DNA from: Bigelowiella natans CCMP2755
Lineage: Eukaryota > Protista > Cercozoa
Direction: 5' to 3'
Assembly (NCBI GenBank): GCA_000320545.1
Contig: ADNK01000148.1
Span: forward strand, 1 to 56,947
Length of the DNA stretch: 56,947 bases
Positions 40,971-53,950 of the stretch are shown one piece after another. The notes beneath the pieces are model-generated. The model made no database searches. It was not told the DNA's origin and saw nothing but the letters and a program-made list of their open reading frames with translations. Position 1 is the stretch's first letter. The number at the start of each line of letters is the position of its first letter. The translations under genes and the position numbers were made by a program.

Positions 40971-41586
40971 GCTCTCCTCGAGCAAGACCTTACGCAAATC
41001 GGGACCGATCCTTCGAATTGTATTGAGGCATGAATCTGAAATGTAAAGGGCGCCATCCGGTGCGTAGGCAATTCCTGTTGGCATCGCGAAACCTGCATAT
41101 TTGGCCAGCCCGTCCTCCATCCCAAAGAAACCCATCCCCATGCTTGTCACGTTAAACATCTTAGCACAGAATCCCCCCTTTGCTACGGTCGGTGCCTGCC
41201 TTTTCAATCCCCCCCCCGAGCCTGACAATGACGACGAGCCGCCTCTTAAGCGGTGAAGCTGCGGAAGAATGTCGCGTCGTGCTATTCTGATATGTAGGTG
41301 AGGGATCAGAGGTGTTTGGTTGCTTGAAGGATCGTTGATATCCTTGTACATCTATTATATACTATCACGCGCATTTGAGTTTTCCAAAGATGGTTCTAGA
41401 CCTGGAACGTCGTCCGCGAGTTGATGATAACGCGAGCGGGAGCACGAACTGGTTAGTAGCGAGAGACCGTTTCTCCACGGACAAGGCAGCTTGGGTGAGG
41501 TCTGGGGCCAGCAAGGATGTAGCTAAAATTAGCCAGAACCACCGGCAGCATTGCTGCCTGGCAGCGTTCCTAACGGCCACACCCAT
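34285..41586 (-). CDS. NHL-repeat beta-propeller protein with hydrophobic N-terminal leader and a large acidic insertion
   Basis: Six NHL-like blades across exons: PTGIAYAPDGALYISD (~41070), FNSPQ|GIAVNSKGDIFVADSAN (40250/39960), DIAVDKDDNVYVADTG (~39100), PRGIALDSKGNIFIAD (~36240), FSPVGLAFDSRDNLFV (~35700), FKLPSMIAVGADDAAYVTDT (~34550). Linkers GFRDG…AKF and DGMGHTARF. Start codon uncertain. Confidence 0.85.
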
Positions 41587-41790
41587 TCCCCCTAGCGCAC
41601 ACCTCCATCGTCGTCGATCCCGATGGAGACGGCGGCTTCCGTTGTCGTGTAATTGTGCTCAAATTGACCGGAAATATCTGACAGTTTTTGGACTACGACA
41701 TGACTTTCTCGATGGCGTACATTGATTTGCCCTTCAATCCGGCAACTGCAGAATCCCCAGAATCTGGACCGAGGACGGCGGAGTGTTGAC

Positions 41791-41850
41791 GGAGAAGGAA
41801 AAGGAGGAGAAGCAAAAGGAGGAGAAGCAAAAGGAGGAGAAGCAAGAGCA
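41791..41850. repeat. 15-nt tandem repeat x4 (ggagaagcaaaagga)
   Basis: Directly visible; reads as a poly-Leu run or (ASPPF)n on the minus strand. Confidence 0.9.
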
Positions 41851-42926
41851 GCAGAGTGCCGAAGATCAACCCCTTTGTGCAAAGGCCCATAACAGCTTGA
41901 ACAGTTGAGAGAATGCTGTCATCAAATCCAGCATCGCGTTCATCGCGAATCTGAGTCAACCTCGTTCGAAAGTGCACCAGAAAAGTGTGAGCACACATCG
42001 TGCAACAGGATGGTGCCAACCATGCTAGCATGTGACGTACAACATTGATCAGTGTGAGATTTTGGCGCACGGCGTGTGTGCGCTGAGGAATGTTGCGAGC
42101 ATGATCAGGTCATGTGTGGTTCTAGCTGGCCAGGCCACCAGCTAGCCAGGGCCACCTGGTGAATCGATCATCACACCAGTCCAGCAGTCTCAGGCTAGCA
42201 GGGACAGCTAGACAGGCTATGCGCTGACTAGCTGGCATTGCGAAATGCTTGCTGCCTAGCTGCGCTTGCACACACGTCAAGGTGCTGATGGCATCCAAAC
42301 GCAGTGTCATGCTAGCATGCACGCTAGCACGTCGTCGGCTAGTCGGGGGGTGGAGTCGTGTTGGTGAGAACACACATGCACCCCCAATGAACCCCACAGT
42401 GACATCAATTTCCCGCACTGCTGTGAGCCGCCACTGCGACGCGACATGCATGGGTCTAGCTAGCTAGATGTGTCCAGATCTGCTAGACACCCAATTGTAA
42501 CTAGACATGCAGCGCAGCGAAGCAGTCTTTGGCCATCTGAGCAATGCGCGCAACATCGCACATAGCCGAGATTGCACTTGCAACTAGAGTAGACTTAAAG
42601 GGTTGATTTGTGTGTCTTTTTTTTGCTATCTAACTATTGATTCATGCTTCATTTCATCCAAATTCGTGTCTACAAACACATTGACACCATCTATTCCATA
42701 TTTTGCATCAAAATTCATCATGCAGAATACAAATGCACCATTACATGACTAAATGAATGCGGTACGAGATGCATGTGGATGAAACGCAAATAAATAATCT
42801 ATAAATGTGACGAAAGTTGAAATATGTGTATCCCGTTTGGTCACATTCGTTGTCGCTATACAATTGCCTCTACTTCGGATCCATCATGGCATTACTCGAT
42901 CAGGTCCGTGCAATGATTGCCCGACA

Positions 42927-45900
42927 TTACCCGATGGTGGTAGACTTTTGGCGTGTGTTACCCCTTCTGTGTTTGGCCAGATTACTAGAATGGAGCCTCG
43001 ACCGCAAAAGATCTGTGTTTGAACAGTGCGAGGAAGAGGTTTTTATTTTAGGATCATCTTTTCAATTCTAAAAAAATATTTTTTCCTATTCTATAGTTGC
43101 CATTCATCTCGCATTTCATATTGTATTGAGCACCGAAATCATCCTGACTTTAATATCTCACCAGCCACTTTTAGTTCAGAACTTGTTTCGATGTTACCAC
43201 TGCTTTTAATTGCAGTGGCTTTATCAAGATGCTTGGTTAAAAAACTATATAGATATTTTTATTATCATTCAGTAGTAGTAACCCGTTTTGAGAGTGGAGC
43301 CTAGGTGCTCGCACTTCTGGCAGCATCTTCTTCCCGACCCTCGATGCGGGGCCTGCGCCTGTTGCAGAGGTAATAGCCGAGACCCACAACTGCATAGCTT
43401 GCAAGTCCGACGCATACAGAAGGTACTGCCGAGCCTGCACAATCGTAATTTATTGATTTATTTGGATTAGACACAGGGAAGTGCGGAAAGGGTACACAAC
43501 AGTCAGATTCACATGGGTAATAGTAGCAGGCGTGATGGAAGGGGGCCGCTGCTGTTGAAGCTGATTTTGCAAAAAATAACTACTGCTATCATACCGCAAA
43601 CAGCACCTCTAAAGAATAATCAGAGCTACACTACCAGCACCCACCTTAATATCTTTCGGGGCCAGCACGAAGTGGAACCGATTCGGATTGATTATCTTTA
43701 CAGAACTGCCGCGAAGTTGGATGTTCTTGATTGGGGCCATAGTGCCAGTCTCCCACACTTCCTTGTTCTTATAGTAAGAGAGAACGCGATTTTGCAGAAC
43801 AAACCACCGTAGCTTGTATGATCGCCGCCCCAAAGCGCCCTCCCCTCGCTTCACAAGGAGACCGTGAACGTTAAGCTTGCAGTCTTTATAATCAAGACTA
43901 CGAGCTCTATTCTTCTTCTTCTTCTTCTTCTTTTTCCTCCTTCTCCTCACCCGTCTCTCCCCCTTTTCATCATCGTCGATATGATTACGGAAAGTTCTTG
44001 TCGGAAGTACGACACTCTTCCCGAGCAAATGGGGCTGATTTGCCGCCGGCGTTCCCTTTCCCCTCTTCGTTTCTTCTTGCTTCCGGCGATTCTCCTCATC
44101 GTCTATTTCTTCGCTGTCACGTGCGAATTCGTCTGTCGACGAATGCCTTTCATCAGATTTGCTCCTAGTCATCGTTATTCCTCGCATATCATCATAATTG
44201 AAAAAGCGCTGAGGAATGCCGTTTCTATCCAGATAATCCTCGTCTTCATCAGAAAGGACAAATGTTGCTCTTCGCGGCGGGATAGTTGCTCTTTCTTTCA
44301 ACGGCTTAGTGGCACCATCATCAACAATGCGGTGCCAGATTTCACTACCGTCGCTACCGTAGTCTTCTTCCTCCTCCTCCTCCTCCTCCTCCTCCTCCTC
44401 TTCGTCGTTGTTGTCGTCGTTGCCGCCGTTGCTGGTATTGCCATAATTGTCGTCTTCAGCCTTTGCTTGCAGCTCCAGGGTGATCTTGGAGGCCCGTCTG
44501 AACGCGTTCTTGCTGATGAACTGTAAAGCAATAAACAACGACAACAACACAGAGAGAGAGGAATGTTCTCATAGCTGTCTATGTTCTTTTGTTCTCATCC
44601 GCCACTACCGTAACAACATCAAACAACAGCTCCGATATGACAGATACAAAGATAATAATATCACCGATATCGATTGTGTTGTCATCTATGGTAGCAACGA
44701 TGGTGTGTTGATTATTTTTGCCATGGTAAATACTATAAGAGTAGTAAATGTGGCAAGGCTTCTTCCTACCTTATTCCATATCCCAGAGGCGAATCGAATG
44801 TTAGTAGTGGCGGTATTATTATGCCCCGGTACTCTCGGGGAAACAGAAAACCAAAGATTTTCTGCGGAAGCGGTGGAAGGAGAGAACGGGGGTTAAGAAA
44901 TGATGATGGAAGCACAGCGATGCCTTATTATTTAGCAGAGTTTCTTGTGTGGCAAAAAGGATAGAGGACACAGCGATTTTGATTTTGCATTTATCAAATA
45001 ATGTATTTGTATTTATCCATGATGTTGCTTGTATAATTATTGCTGCCATCGTCATCATCATCATCATCGTCGTCGTCGTCGTCACCACCATCATCATCAT
45101 CATAATGAGGAAAATATCTTCGCCAGTCGTTCATTAATGAATATTTCTAAAACATTCTTTCGCAGAATTTAACCACGGTACAAACAGGATGTTTTCTGTC
45201 TACTCCGTGGTCCTGGCCGTGTCACCGAACAAAAATTTACGTTGCTTTTCTCGTGTTCCCGAGTGTATTCTATTCTAAAGAAATCGTTTTTTTGGGTTGA
45301 AATATTGCAATTACTGTCCATGAGAGATCTTGCGTGGCGATAGAGAACGTTAGAGTCAAAATTCACGAAGAATCCAGGCCTACCCGCAATACATAGGCCG
45401 CCGTAAGATATTGGTGAGAAGAGAAAGAGAAAGCGAGAGGGGGGGGGGCTAGTGAGAGAGGGCAGTAATCAAATTGAGTCATAAATATTAAGTATGCCAT
45501 CTTAGTTTTCGTCTTGAATTGTTGATCTTATTCATATCTTCACTACTGCTACTAGTAGTACGACTACTTACTGGAGGAGCTGCTGAAATATGTTTCCCTC
45601 CCTTGCAGCGGTCAGCAGCTTCTGTCGCATCACTACCACCAGCGTCACACACAAATACTCCAAGATATCTGTCCGGTGGTGGTGGTGGTGATGGGCGGGG
45701 AAGGAGGAGGAAATGGGTGCGGCAGCACAAAGAAGCAAAACATTTCTCAGGTTGGTGAGATGTACTACTCCTACTCTGTTAGGCTTAAAAATCAATGGAA
45801 CGAGTACGAAGAGAAGGCAATATAATTTAGTTTGGGGATAATAGTCAACGACCGATGTTGTAGAAGATGTGGTCCCAAAGACAAAAAACCTGTGATAGAT

Positions 45901-46167
45901 TAAAAACAGGGAGGTATCACCAAGAGTAATAATAATAATGATAATAATGATAATAATGATAATAATAATAGGTTTTTTGAAGTAGGCGCTCCGAAATCGT
46001 TAAAAGTATTTTTTAAAAGACTAGCCGATGATCTCTTCAGTCATTTCTTCGTAGGCAGCACAACACCGTGTCTATATTTCTACCTGGTCAATGCATATTT
46101 CCCGGGCGAAAAGCAGCCGGATCCATCGCACCTGATATTGGTTGTCGATAGAAATTTGATGATGATA

Positions 46168-46202
<35 letters not shown>

Positions 46203-48195
46203 CGTGAGTATAATGATGATAATCCCAGTAAAATGTCGAGACCACTTCATGCAGATCGGAAGAGAATCCGTTTCGTTTTTATTAAATCTCGAAAATGACG
46301 ATGATTTGAAGATGAAAATTTCCATTGTGTGATGTAAATTTTGAAGGGTGTATTGTTGAATATTCGCTAGTTGCCTTGTTTTAATCATTTTGTAAACATA
46401 ATCGTAAAAAACAATTAGGAAGAGCACACGCACCAGATACAACTGAGGAATAACGTTTTCCCTCTCTAAACACTCGTAAATTTCCGGGTCAAAGCTCTGT
46501 AGGAAGTAGGCGGAGAAGGAGGAGGTAGGCGGAGAAGGAGGAGGAGGAGGAGGAGGAGAAGGGGGAAGAAAAGGAGAGGAAGAAAACAATGAGGCAGGAT
46601 ATAATGTAGAAGGCCTAATAATGATGATAATAATGATCTATATCTGTTACAGTATGTGAAAAATATTATTGATGAGAGAGCAAGAAATAGAGAGTAGTAA
46701 GAAAGGAAACAAGAATACTTTGCCTCTGCCTCTTTGCTAACCCCTATCCCCCCTTCCTAAACATCATCCCCGAAATCAAGGTTTACTTTGAGAAATTTGT
46801 GATGGATACGATTCATGCTCCTCTCGAGCCCAGCTGTGTCTGTGCTACCTAAACGAGCATAGATAGAAAGTGGTGTTAACATGCTATTGGAAGGCAAAAA
46901 TGATATGATAATAATAATTTTAAAATATATATTTCAACACTGTGCGATGCATTTGTCGATATTTTTGTGGAGCTTCGTCACATATGTTCTTATATCAGTA
47001 CCGTGGCTATGTGTTGTATCTTTCCCTCCGAAATGCGAGTAAAGGCGCTTCATGACAAGGTCCAGCAACGAGTGTGCATCCTAAAGGGTGTGAACGCAGG
47101 AGAAGAGAGAAGAGTAGGAGGAGGAGGAGGAGGAGGAGGAGGAGGAGGAGGTGATAGCAGAGTGAGTTTGGAGTCACACACAGTGATAAAATAAGTCAAA
47201 TAGATAGATACACTTATTGTTGAAAATAAAGATCAAGTGCGAAGATTAAATATCACACTTCATATTATTTTTCAAGGGCGCAGAAAACAATCGCAAGAAT
47301 TCCTTTGCGAAAGTCACGTAAACATAAAGAAAAATGAACAAAAACATGTCATTACAGGCTCGGAACGCAAATGATCCCCAAAGAAACAATCTCGGCGTTT
47401 CTACCATTACCATGCGTTGTGTGCTACATACATACAAACGTACATACAACCGGTTCGAGGTTCTCCGTATCAATGAGGCCGTAAATGCGACTCTCGTACT
47501 CCTGCAGCTGGGAGGGAGAAGCTGCATCATTCGTCGAGCTCCCCAGTTGGAGTGCTCGTTGCCTCAAAGCTAATGACTGCAAATCCTTGTGCAGAGCCTA
47601 GCATTCAATTCATTTGCAACAAACCGACAGCGACAACGTGCAGAATATATTTTATAATCAAGTTCGGGATTTTTGCTATCCATGCTCTCCGCTTACGACC
47701 ACTCCTTCTACTTCCGACTTTTACTTTACTAATAATACTACCATAAAAATGATGGAGAGAATTTGGCTGTAAGCCTGAATGTACCCTATACCCTTGTTTT
47801 CCGCAGACCAGACGACTGCAGAATACGTTAGAAATTAGGATGCGGGATTAAATTTTCAAAGCGAAACCAATTTAGAAATTCGAGTCTGGTCGAAACGAAG
47901 AAGGTTATTGCAACATGCTCCACCATTTTATAACAAATAAGGTTACTCACAACCGAGGATTCGAATCAGCATGGATTTCGTTGTCGGGCGCCGGAAGAGC
48001 TCTATCGTCTGGTACGTCCTTTCAACGTCGCCTCTAATTGTCACCATGGTCTGCATAATGTCTTTCTCTATCTCATGTTCACCCCCCTTAGTCGTCGTCT
48101 GCGTGGCTGTTGAAGGACCCTTCGTGTCCTCTTCCTTTTCCTTGTCCTGCTTCCTCAGCGTCAGCAGATCAGCATACTTTGCACATTTCAGTAGA
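42927..48195 (-). CDS. TBC (Rab-GAP) domain protein, TBC1D5-like motifs, with acidic linker and C-terminal PH domain
   Basis: IRGDVERT (Arg finger, ~48030), GYIQAYSQILSIIF (Gln finger, ~47780), DPEIYECLERENVIPQLYL|VRWIRLLFAREY, LWDHIF, LEYLCV. PH: HGLLVKRGEG…SYKLRWFVLQNRVLSYYK…|YLLYASDLQAMQLWVSAI. Both ends approximate. Confidence 0.85.
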
Positions 48196-48297
48196 TAACT
48201 GAGAGTGATAGTAATAGCATGTATCAGGGGCAACTTTATGCCATTATTTTTCGAAGATATTGTAAACACAAAAGCCCCACTCACGTATATATATAAA

Positions 48298-48332
<35 letters not shown>

Positions 48333-48439
48333 ACATGTAACATGGTCTTCAACAAGTTGATTTAGAGGCCGTCAATCGTGGAGCCATTGAATTTCATCGT
48401 AGTTATCTCGGTTTTTATAATTGATCTCCCTGTCTATAA

Positions 48440-50184
48440 TTACTTTCTGCGCTCCTCTCTGATATGATGATGTAAGCGTTCTGCAGCCTTCGCAGATATA
48501 ACGTTACTACCACCGACACTGATGCCGGGATGACCTTTCCTCCTAATTTTGTCTTTTTCCTCTTTCGCGCTTTCTATCGTTGTGCTGTCTTGAAGAAGAG
48601 AGTGTCGCCATTGAATGGTGTGAAGACGCCTAGCTTTTCGCTCGGCGAGGCCCTTCGTGCTCTGGTATTTTAGCATGCTACTCAAAACTGGCGTTGCAGG
48701 ATCTCCAGTTACTGTGACTAACCCCTGAACAATCATATTTTTAGTTAAGTGGAAAGGGGCTCGGGAGAGAACACATGGGAAAAGAATGTTTACAGTAAGA
48801 AACGCATCAGAAGCTTAGGTGAAATATAGTTTATCTCCCCTGAAACGATGCAGCATGTTTGTATCGATCCTCCTCACCGGCATAGGGAGAGAGCTCCTCG
48901 AAGAAGCCGCAACTGACCCCGATGTCAAGTGTTTCGATTTGATTTCTTGAGTGCGGGCACGTTTATGGAAAAATCTGTTCTTTGGGTGGGAGGGTTGGCA
49001 AGGATCTCCTGGATAGTTTTTCGGAAAGTCGTCAATGACAATCCAGTCGTCCGTGGAATCTTTATATTTGGAAAAAAAATGAGATTCTCTTGATATGGAG
49101 GGCGAGTCCGGTGGGAGAACGGTCCTTCGAGCTTGTATCCACGTGACGCCCTGGTAGAGAAAACAGATTAAGAAAAGGGAAGTAAAGAAAGATGAAAACG
49201 TGAGGGCAGCGAAAATTAAAAAGGAATGTTCAGTATATGTAACGTGAATTGGTGCTTATTACATGAGGTTTTCCATCAGTTATGATCGTGTTTACGGGAA
49301 GAAATTTGTGCTCGTCAACATCCTAAGCAATAAAACGAATAAGTGCCTAATGTTAACCACAATACATGGAAAAAGAGATGCTCGATTCGAACCTTGAGGT
49401 CCGGGGAGAGCCGCACTTGAATCCCCGAAGGATAGATTACCCTAGAAAACCAATTAGTCTATGAGTGGAATCAGGGCATTCAATATGTCTGTGAAAGGTA
49501 CCTGTATTTCCTAGGGAAAACAGGGCTTCCATCGTCCTTTCTGAGTTCCGCAAGGGTCTGAAGGCATACACAATTTCGATGAATTGGACACACGAGAGTG
49601 GAACGAGGTATTGAAGGGAGAGTTGTGAGAGTTTGGTGCAACCTTCCGCCCGTTGATCTCCGTCGGAATCCATAATACCTTTTTCATCCACCTTCAGACG
49701 TGAAAGAAGGACTCTAATTCTTGATGTGAATCCATGCAACTCGAAGCACGGAAGGAAGACGCCATGATTTCATTCGGGAAGCTCCCGTTCTTCTTACGTG
49801 TGGTGTTATCAATGTAAATGGTAACATTATCTGGAACGACTGCATTTTTCACAAGTCGCTTAGATAAAATGTAGGTACTACAAGGAATACTATGCATAGT
49901 TGTAGTCCATGGGGATTTTTTTGTTTTCTCTTTCATTTAAGTATGACGCATGACAGATTTCATGGGGGATATTCTGGCTTGTTACAATTGAAACTTTTTG
50001 AACCCTTCAAATTTGGAACGACGAACACGGATTCGTCATGTATGCGGCCTGGAGAGCTGTAGAAAGGGATGATCTCGAGCATCTCCATTGACACCTTGCT
50101 CAGGATGACTCGATTCCTACCACTGCTTCTCATACTAGCGCCGTTCCCGGATTCTGGGGGAGTTACGCTAAGACATGGAGACAA
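48440..50184 (-). CDS. Probable coding exons: N-terminal part of the TBC gene or a separate unknown gene
   Basis: Several stop-free, non-repetitive minus-strand blocks (48440-48736, ~48830-49150, 49437-49739, 49960-50184) with GT/AG-like borders; no recognisable domain. Confidence 0.4.
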
Positions 50185-52576
50185 AGTGTGAAAGTTGCTT
50201 GTAGATCTACTTGCATTTGAGTTGTTTGCCCTTAAGTCGTCCGATTAGAAGGATTCGTTGTAGTTCTCCACGCAGGTTGCGTCTATATGTTCAAATCTAA
50301 ACCAGAATGCTCTAAACAGGTTCGAAACATTGGGCGAAATGAAAGAGTCAACACAACTGGCGGTAGATTTTTGAATTACTGTTACAGTTTGCATACGTGC
50401 ACATTTAGAAGATTTAGCGACTGTACAACCCCAGGTCCATCATTTGACGATATGGTCAAAACGTGTGAAAATTCAAACTCTTTGAAGAAGGATGATATCG
50501 ACTACACACTTGAGAATTTGTGCGTAAGGTACTCCGCTTTCCGTCTAAATTATTCTGTAAGATTCAAAAGATAGATATATTGTTTTCTGCCTTACTGGTG
50601 TTGAAAAATTAAATTAGCGTTGAAACAAAACTGTCCAAAGAATACAAAGACTTTGATGATTTCAACAAAGGTTCAGCCCATTCTTAACCATCGAGACATC
50701 ATGCAATTTAATAATCATCCCGACTAGTTCTAACCTAATATTTTCACTATTTAACTACAGACTGCGTCTCGAAACTAGGCAAACCATGCAAGCACGAATG
50801 TCTTGCCCTGGTCAAATTAGATGCGTAAGGAGGGATAGGAAATTGTTTTCTTTGTGTTTTTACTATTCTGAATCGGAACTCTGGTGATAAAATTTCCAGG
50901 CAGGGTTTTTCGATTCAATCAGTTTCACGTCTGATCCCAAGGATAAGAAAGTCAGCTATCCGTTTGAGGTAAATAAAGTGACATTATATTTAGCCTAATT
51001 TTGAAATGAATCCTTGCAGGATAAGGAGCACTGTATGCCTGATCTGCGATGCTTCACCTCACATTGTGTTTTACATTATTTGATAATCGCCTCTGTTGCA
51101 AAAACTTCTACTGCTTCGCAGGTTGGAAACAAAGTACGGAGTAGAAAATATACCCTCAGCGCAACAGATTGCCTTCGATGTCTCACTGCCAATTCATGCT
51201 ATCTAGATGCAGATATCTTGTGAGCGATATATGAGACGGATGTAATGAAATGTTCAAATTTTTTCAATGGTCATCCTGATGTAGCTGTGCAATGCAGCGG
51301 CTACAGCGCTTAAAGTGTGTCTGTTTGTTTCCTTGGTCATGTGTTGCATGTATGAAAATACATTGTGATTTGGTCTAGCATGTCGTGCATTGCGCGCAGC
51401 CTGAAGTGCGCGAAAAGTCGCTTGTGCTTTTAGAATTGTGTTGTTTTTTTTAATCGATTTAACTTCCGTTACATGATGGCACATTTTGGGCGAAAATGAA
51501 TGTGCATGAATGTTCCGGAATGTTTCGAGAAGCTTTGGTTGCCAGCACGTGTCAACATGATGTCGCGATGTCATGAGCACGCCACTGCGACAACTTGCCC
51601 CAGTGACGGGAACAGCGACATCCCATTGGGGGATTCCCGTTGCCACGTTACCGGCAACGCCAAAGGCTAAAACTACGGCTAAACTGTGCCAATGCTGAAC
51701 GATCAACGTCCTTCAAACTGAGCTGCATCCATGTTGAAAGGACATTTGGATTGCAACTGATCCGTCCGATTGAGTTCGCTGCTGCCGCACGCCAAAGGAT
51801 TGAGCGTCTCAGCAGAGAAATGGCGCAGCCCCAATGGCATTGCGCACAACAAGCTAAGCCAGCAACAATGTGTAACACGACATGACGAGAGACATTTATT
51901 TTTACAGCGCGTTTTTGTGCATCATCTAAATCTATGCATCATATGTCTAAAGCTGTCGACAATTTTTGCCGCATGATGCGGGATGACTAGCTAGCTAGCT
52001 ACGTATATCATGCATCACGTACTAGATCATGTTGTCTTTAGGCCTACTAGCCTAGCTAAGCTTATATAGTGACAAATGACCGCAGCTATGTCTAGATGTG
52101 TGTATATAGAATGCCGCAAGCTTCATTATTAGCAATGCAATAGTCACATACCCGACGCACCCGTCTCATATTAGTCACACACATACAGAAAAATTGGCGG
52201 GCAGCGCGCAACACGCTTGTCGGCGAAGACGCAAATGTATATATGCATATTTGTGTGTGTGTGTGTGTGTGTGTGTTGCCCAGTGTAAAAAAAATATGCC
52301 CATATGTAACGATACGATATACGATGAACTTTTGCTTACGCAAGTTCTACATATATAGCACCCATCGCACTAGATAGCAAGACAATGTTAATTATGTTGG
52401 TCCGAATATCTTCTTACAAATCAAAGTGCAAAGGCCTATTCTCCTCGGAAAATACATATACTATAACTTCATTCCTTTATTGTCATCACAATTTTCATCT
52501 CAGTGAGTTTTAGTTACCCTTGCATTATGACACAAGGGTAATTGCCGCATTTCTCTCCATTCTTCAAGATCATGCT

Positions 52577-53065
52577 CTAATTACAGTTTTCCTGTGTATC
52601 CAGTTTCCCCGTGTCAACAGATCGTCCTAAAATGTGGGGGTAAGTTAGAATATAGAAAAATAGTCCATTTTGGGTGGATTTCACCTTTCCATTTGATTCA
52701 ATTTTGTAATCAAACTTCCCGTTGAGCCCTTCCACGTTGGTGAAGGCAGGTGGAGCCTTTTCTCCCTTGCAGAAAATGCAGTAGACCACGGCAGCAATAG
52801 CAAATGATAGGGCTATGACTCCAATTGAGGACCAGATTATGACGTTAAGTTCCTTGTTCGATTTAGGATCCTTAACCTCTTCATAAGTGATGGGATTCAA
52901 TTCAAGCGATGTCGAGTTTAATTCTGTATTATCCCGGATACTCTGGTCAACCCGCGGCAAATCCAAGCCTCCTGAATCCTTCCGCTGTGAATTTTGAAGT
53001 CCGTAAGCACAAGAGATCAAAAGAAAGAGCAGAGCCCCGGTAGTTAGTGGAGCCTGGAACTTCAT
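52577..53065 (-). CDS. Small type I single-pass membrane protein of unknown function
   Basis: ATG start, signal peptide MKFQAPLTTGALLFLLISCAYG, second hydrophobic helix VIIWSSIGVIALSFAIAAVVYCIFC followed by K; a 3' intron is possible. Confidence 0.7.
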   Translation of the reverse strand: MKFQAPLTTGALLFLLISCAYGLQNSQRKDSGGLDLPRVDQSIRDNTELNSTSLELNPITYEEVKDPKSNKELNVIIWSSIGVIALSFAIAAVVYCIFCKGEKAPPAFTNVEGLNGKFDYKIESNGKVKSTQNGLFFYILTYPHILGRSVDTGKLDTQENCN

Positions 53066-53950
53066 CAGCCCCCCAAAGAACAGAACGCACTAAAATGATC
53101 TGAAATTTCAGAACAAAATGTTTTTGATTACACGGAATCTCGAGAGATTCTCTTCATTATAATGATGATTAGCCTTCATTTTTAATCTGTTTTGTTAAAT
53201 TCGACTAAATTACCGATTTTATCAGGTGGCTCAGCTATCCTGTGAGCTTAAAAACGGAACATGGTAGCCATTCCACTGGCTGTAGCTACATTTATTCAGA
53301 AAATGCAGACAAATTGCATGCTCTACCAGAATATTTGGTGTTGGCTCCATTTTTCAGATAGATGGAGCCAGAAAACGAGAACATCTGGCGAAAGATCCTG
53401 CAATTAATCAAAGCAGGTTATCGATGCACAAGTTGTACTGCGACAGGTGAAATAGATTGACGTTCAATCAGCAACAAAGCAAGAATTGCCAGACTAATTT
53501 CTCCAGTCTTCGGGTATTATTTCTGCGAGCATTCTTGACAAGATGAGTCTTCTCAGTAGTGGTACTTAGTTGATCTTATATTCATCGAAGTTTATACTAA
53601 AGAAGATTCTAAGATCGGAGGCTTTGGTTCACAGCACATTAGAGCAGGAAAGGTAGTGTTGAGGATCTACCGTCGAATAGACAACCTATAATTTCTACCC
53701 AAACGTTTAACACGTACCAGTCGGAGCGGATGGGGCAGCCCTCTCAGACCTTCATGACTTGACCTCGTCGTCGACTCCATCATCCGAACCATCAAATACC
53801 ACCACCATCAGCGGAAATAAAACGAAAGACAAAGCTGTGGCTTCCATATTGATTCCCTGATGGCCAGATCGACGCTGTTCTTGCTTGGTATGGAAAGTAG
53901 GGCGGGCGTGATGCGAGAAATACACCGAGAGCAGAAAATTACGAGTGAAA

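Larger units (their letters stand above)
3200..48330. repeat. Pervasive intronic microsatellites ((CT/GA)n, (CA/GT)n, (TA)n, (GTA)n, (CAT/GAT)n, (GAA)n, (GAG)n), often compound
   Basis: Examples: 4328-4370, 7375-7410, 7565-7640, 8590-8670, 18055-18125, 35885-35935, 36950-36990, 40640-40725. Confidence 0.95.

Noticed and set aside
6000-47200. Dozens of short ORFs with poly-SL, CV, HT, YI, RE, I or E runs
   Set aside because: Translations of intronic microsatellites.
47760-47785. Apparent GC-AG donor after TBC 'GYIQ' (and after NHL 'TTIAG' at ~35525)
   Set aside because: Both read through in frame to nearby canonical GT donors, so no non-canonical intron is needed.
42381-51632. Shared short words (cgccactgcgac at 42429 and 51580; cccccaatg and ttcccg-cactg) between two spacers
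   Set aside because: 12-mer or shorter matches are expected by chance at this length and their orientations are inconsistent; insufficient to call a repeat family.
51254-51885. 150-aa minus ORF with hydrophobic N-terminus and neighbouring short ORFs
   Set aside because: TTG start, no recognisable domain or splice support, and it lies in a palindrome-rich spacer; no transposase or RT motif seen.
53752-53847. 31-aa minus-strand ORF MEATALSFVLFPLMVVVF…
   Set aside because: Too short and unsupported; it lies in a divergent promoter region.
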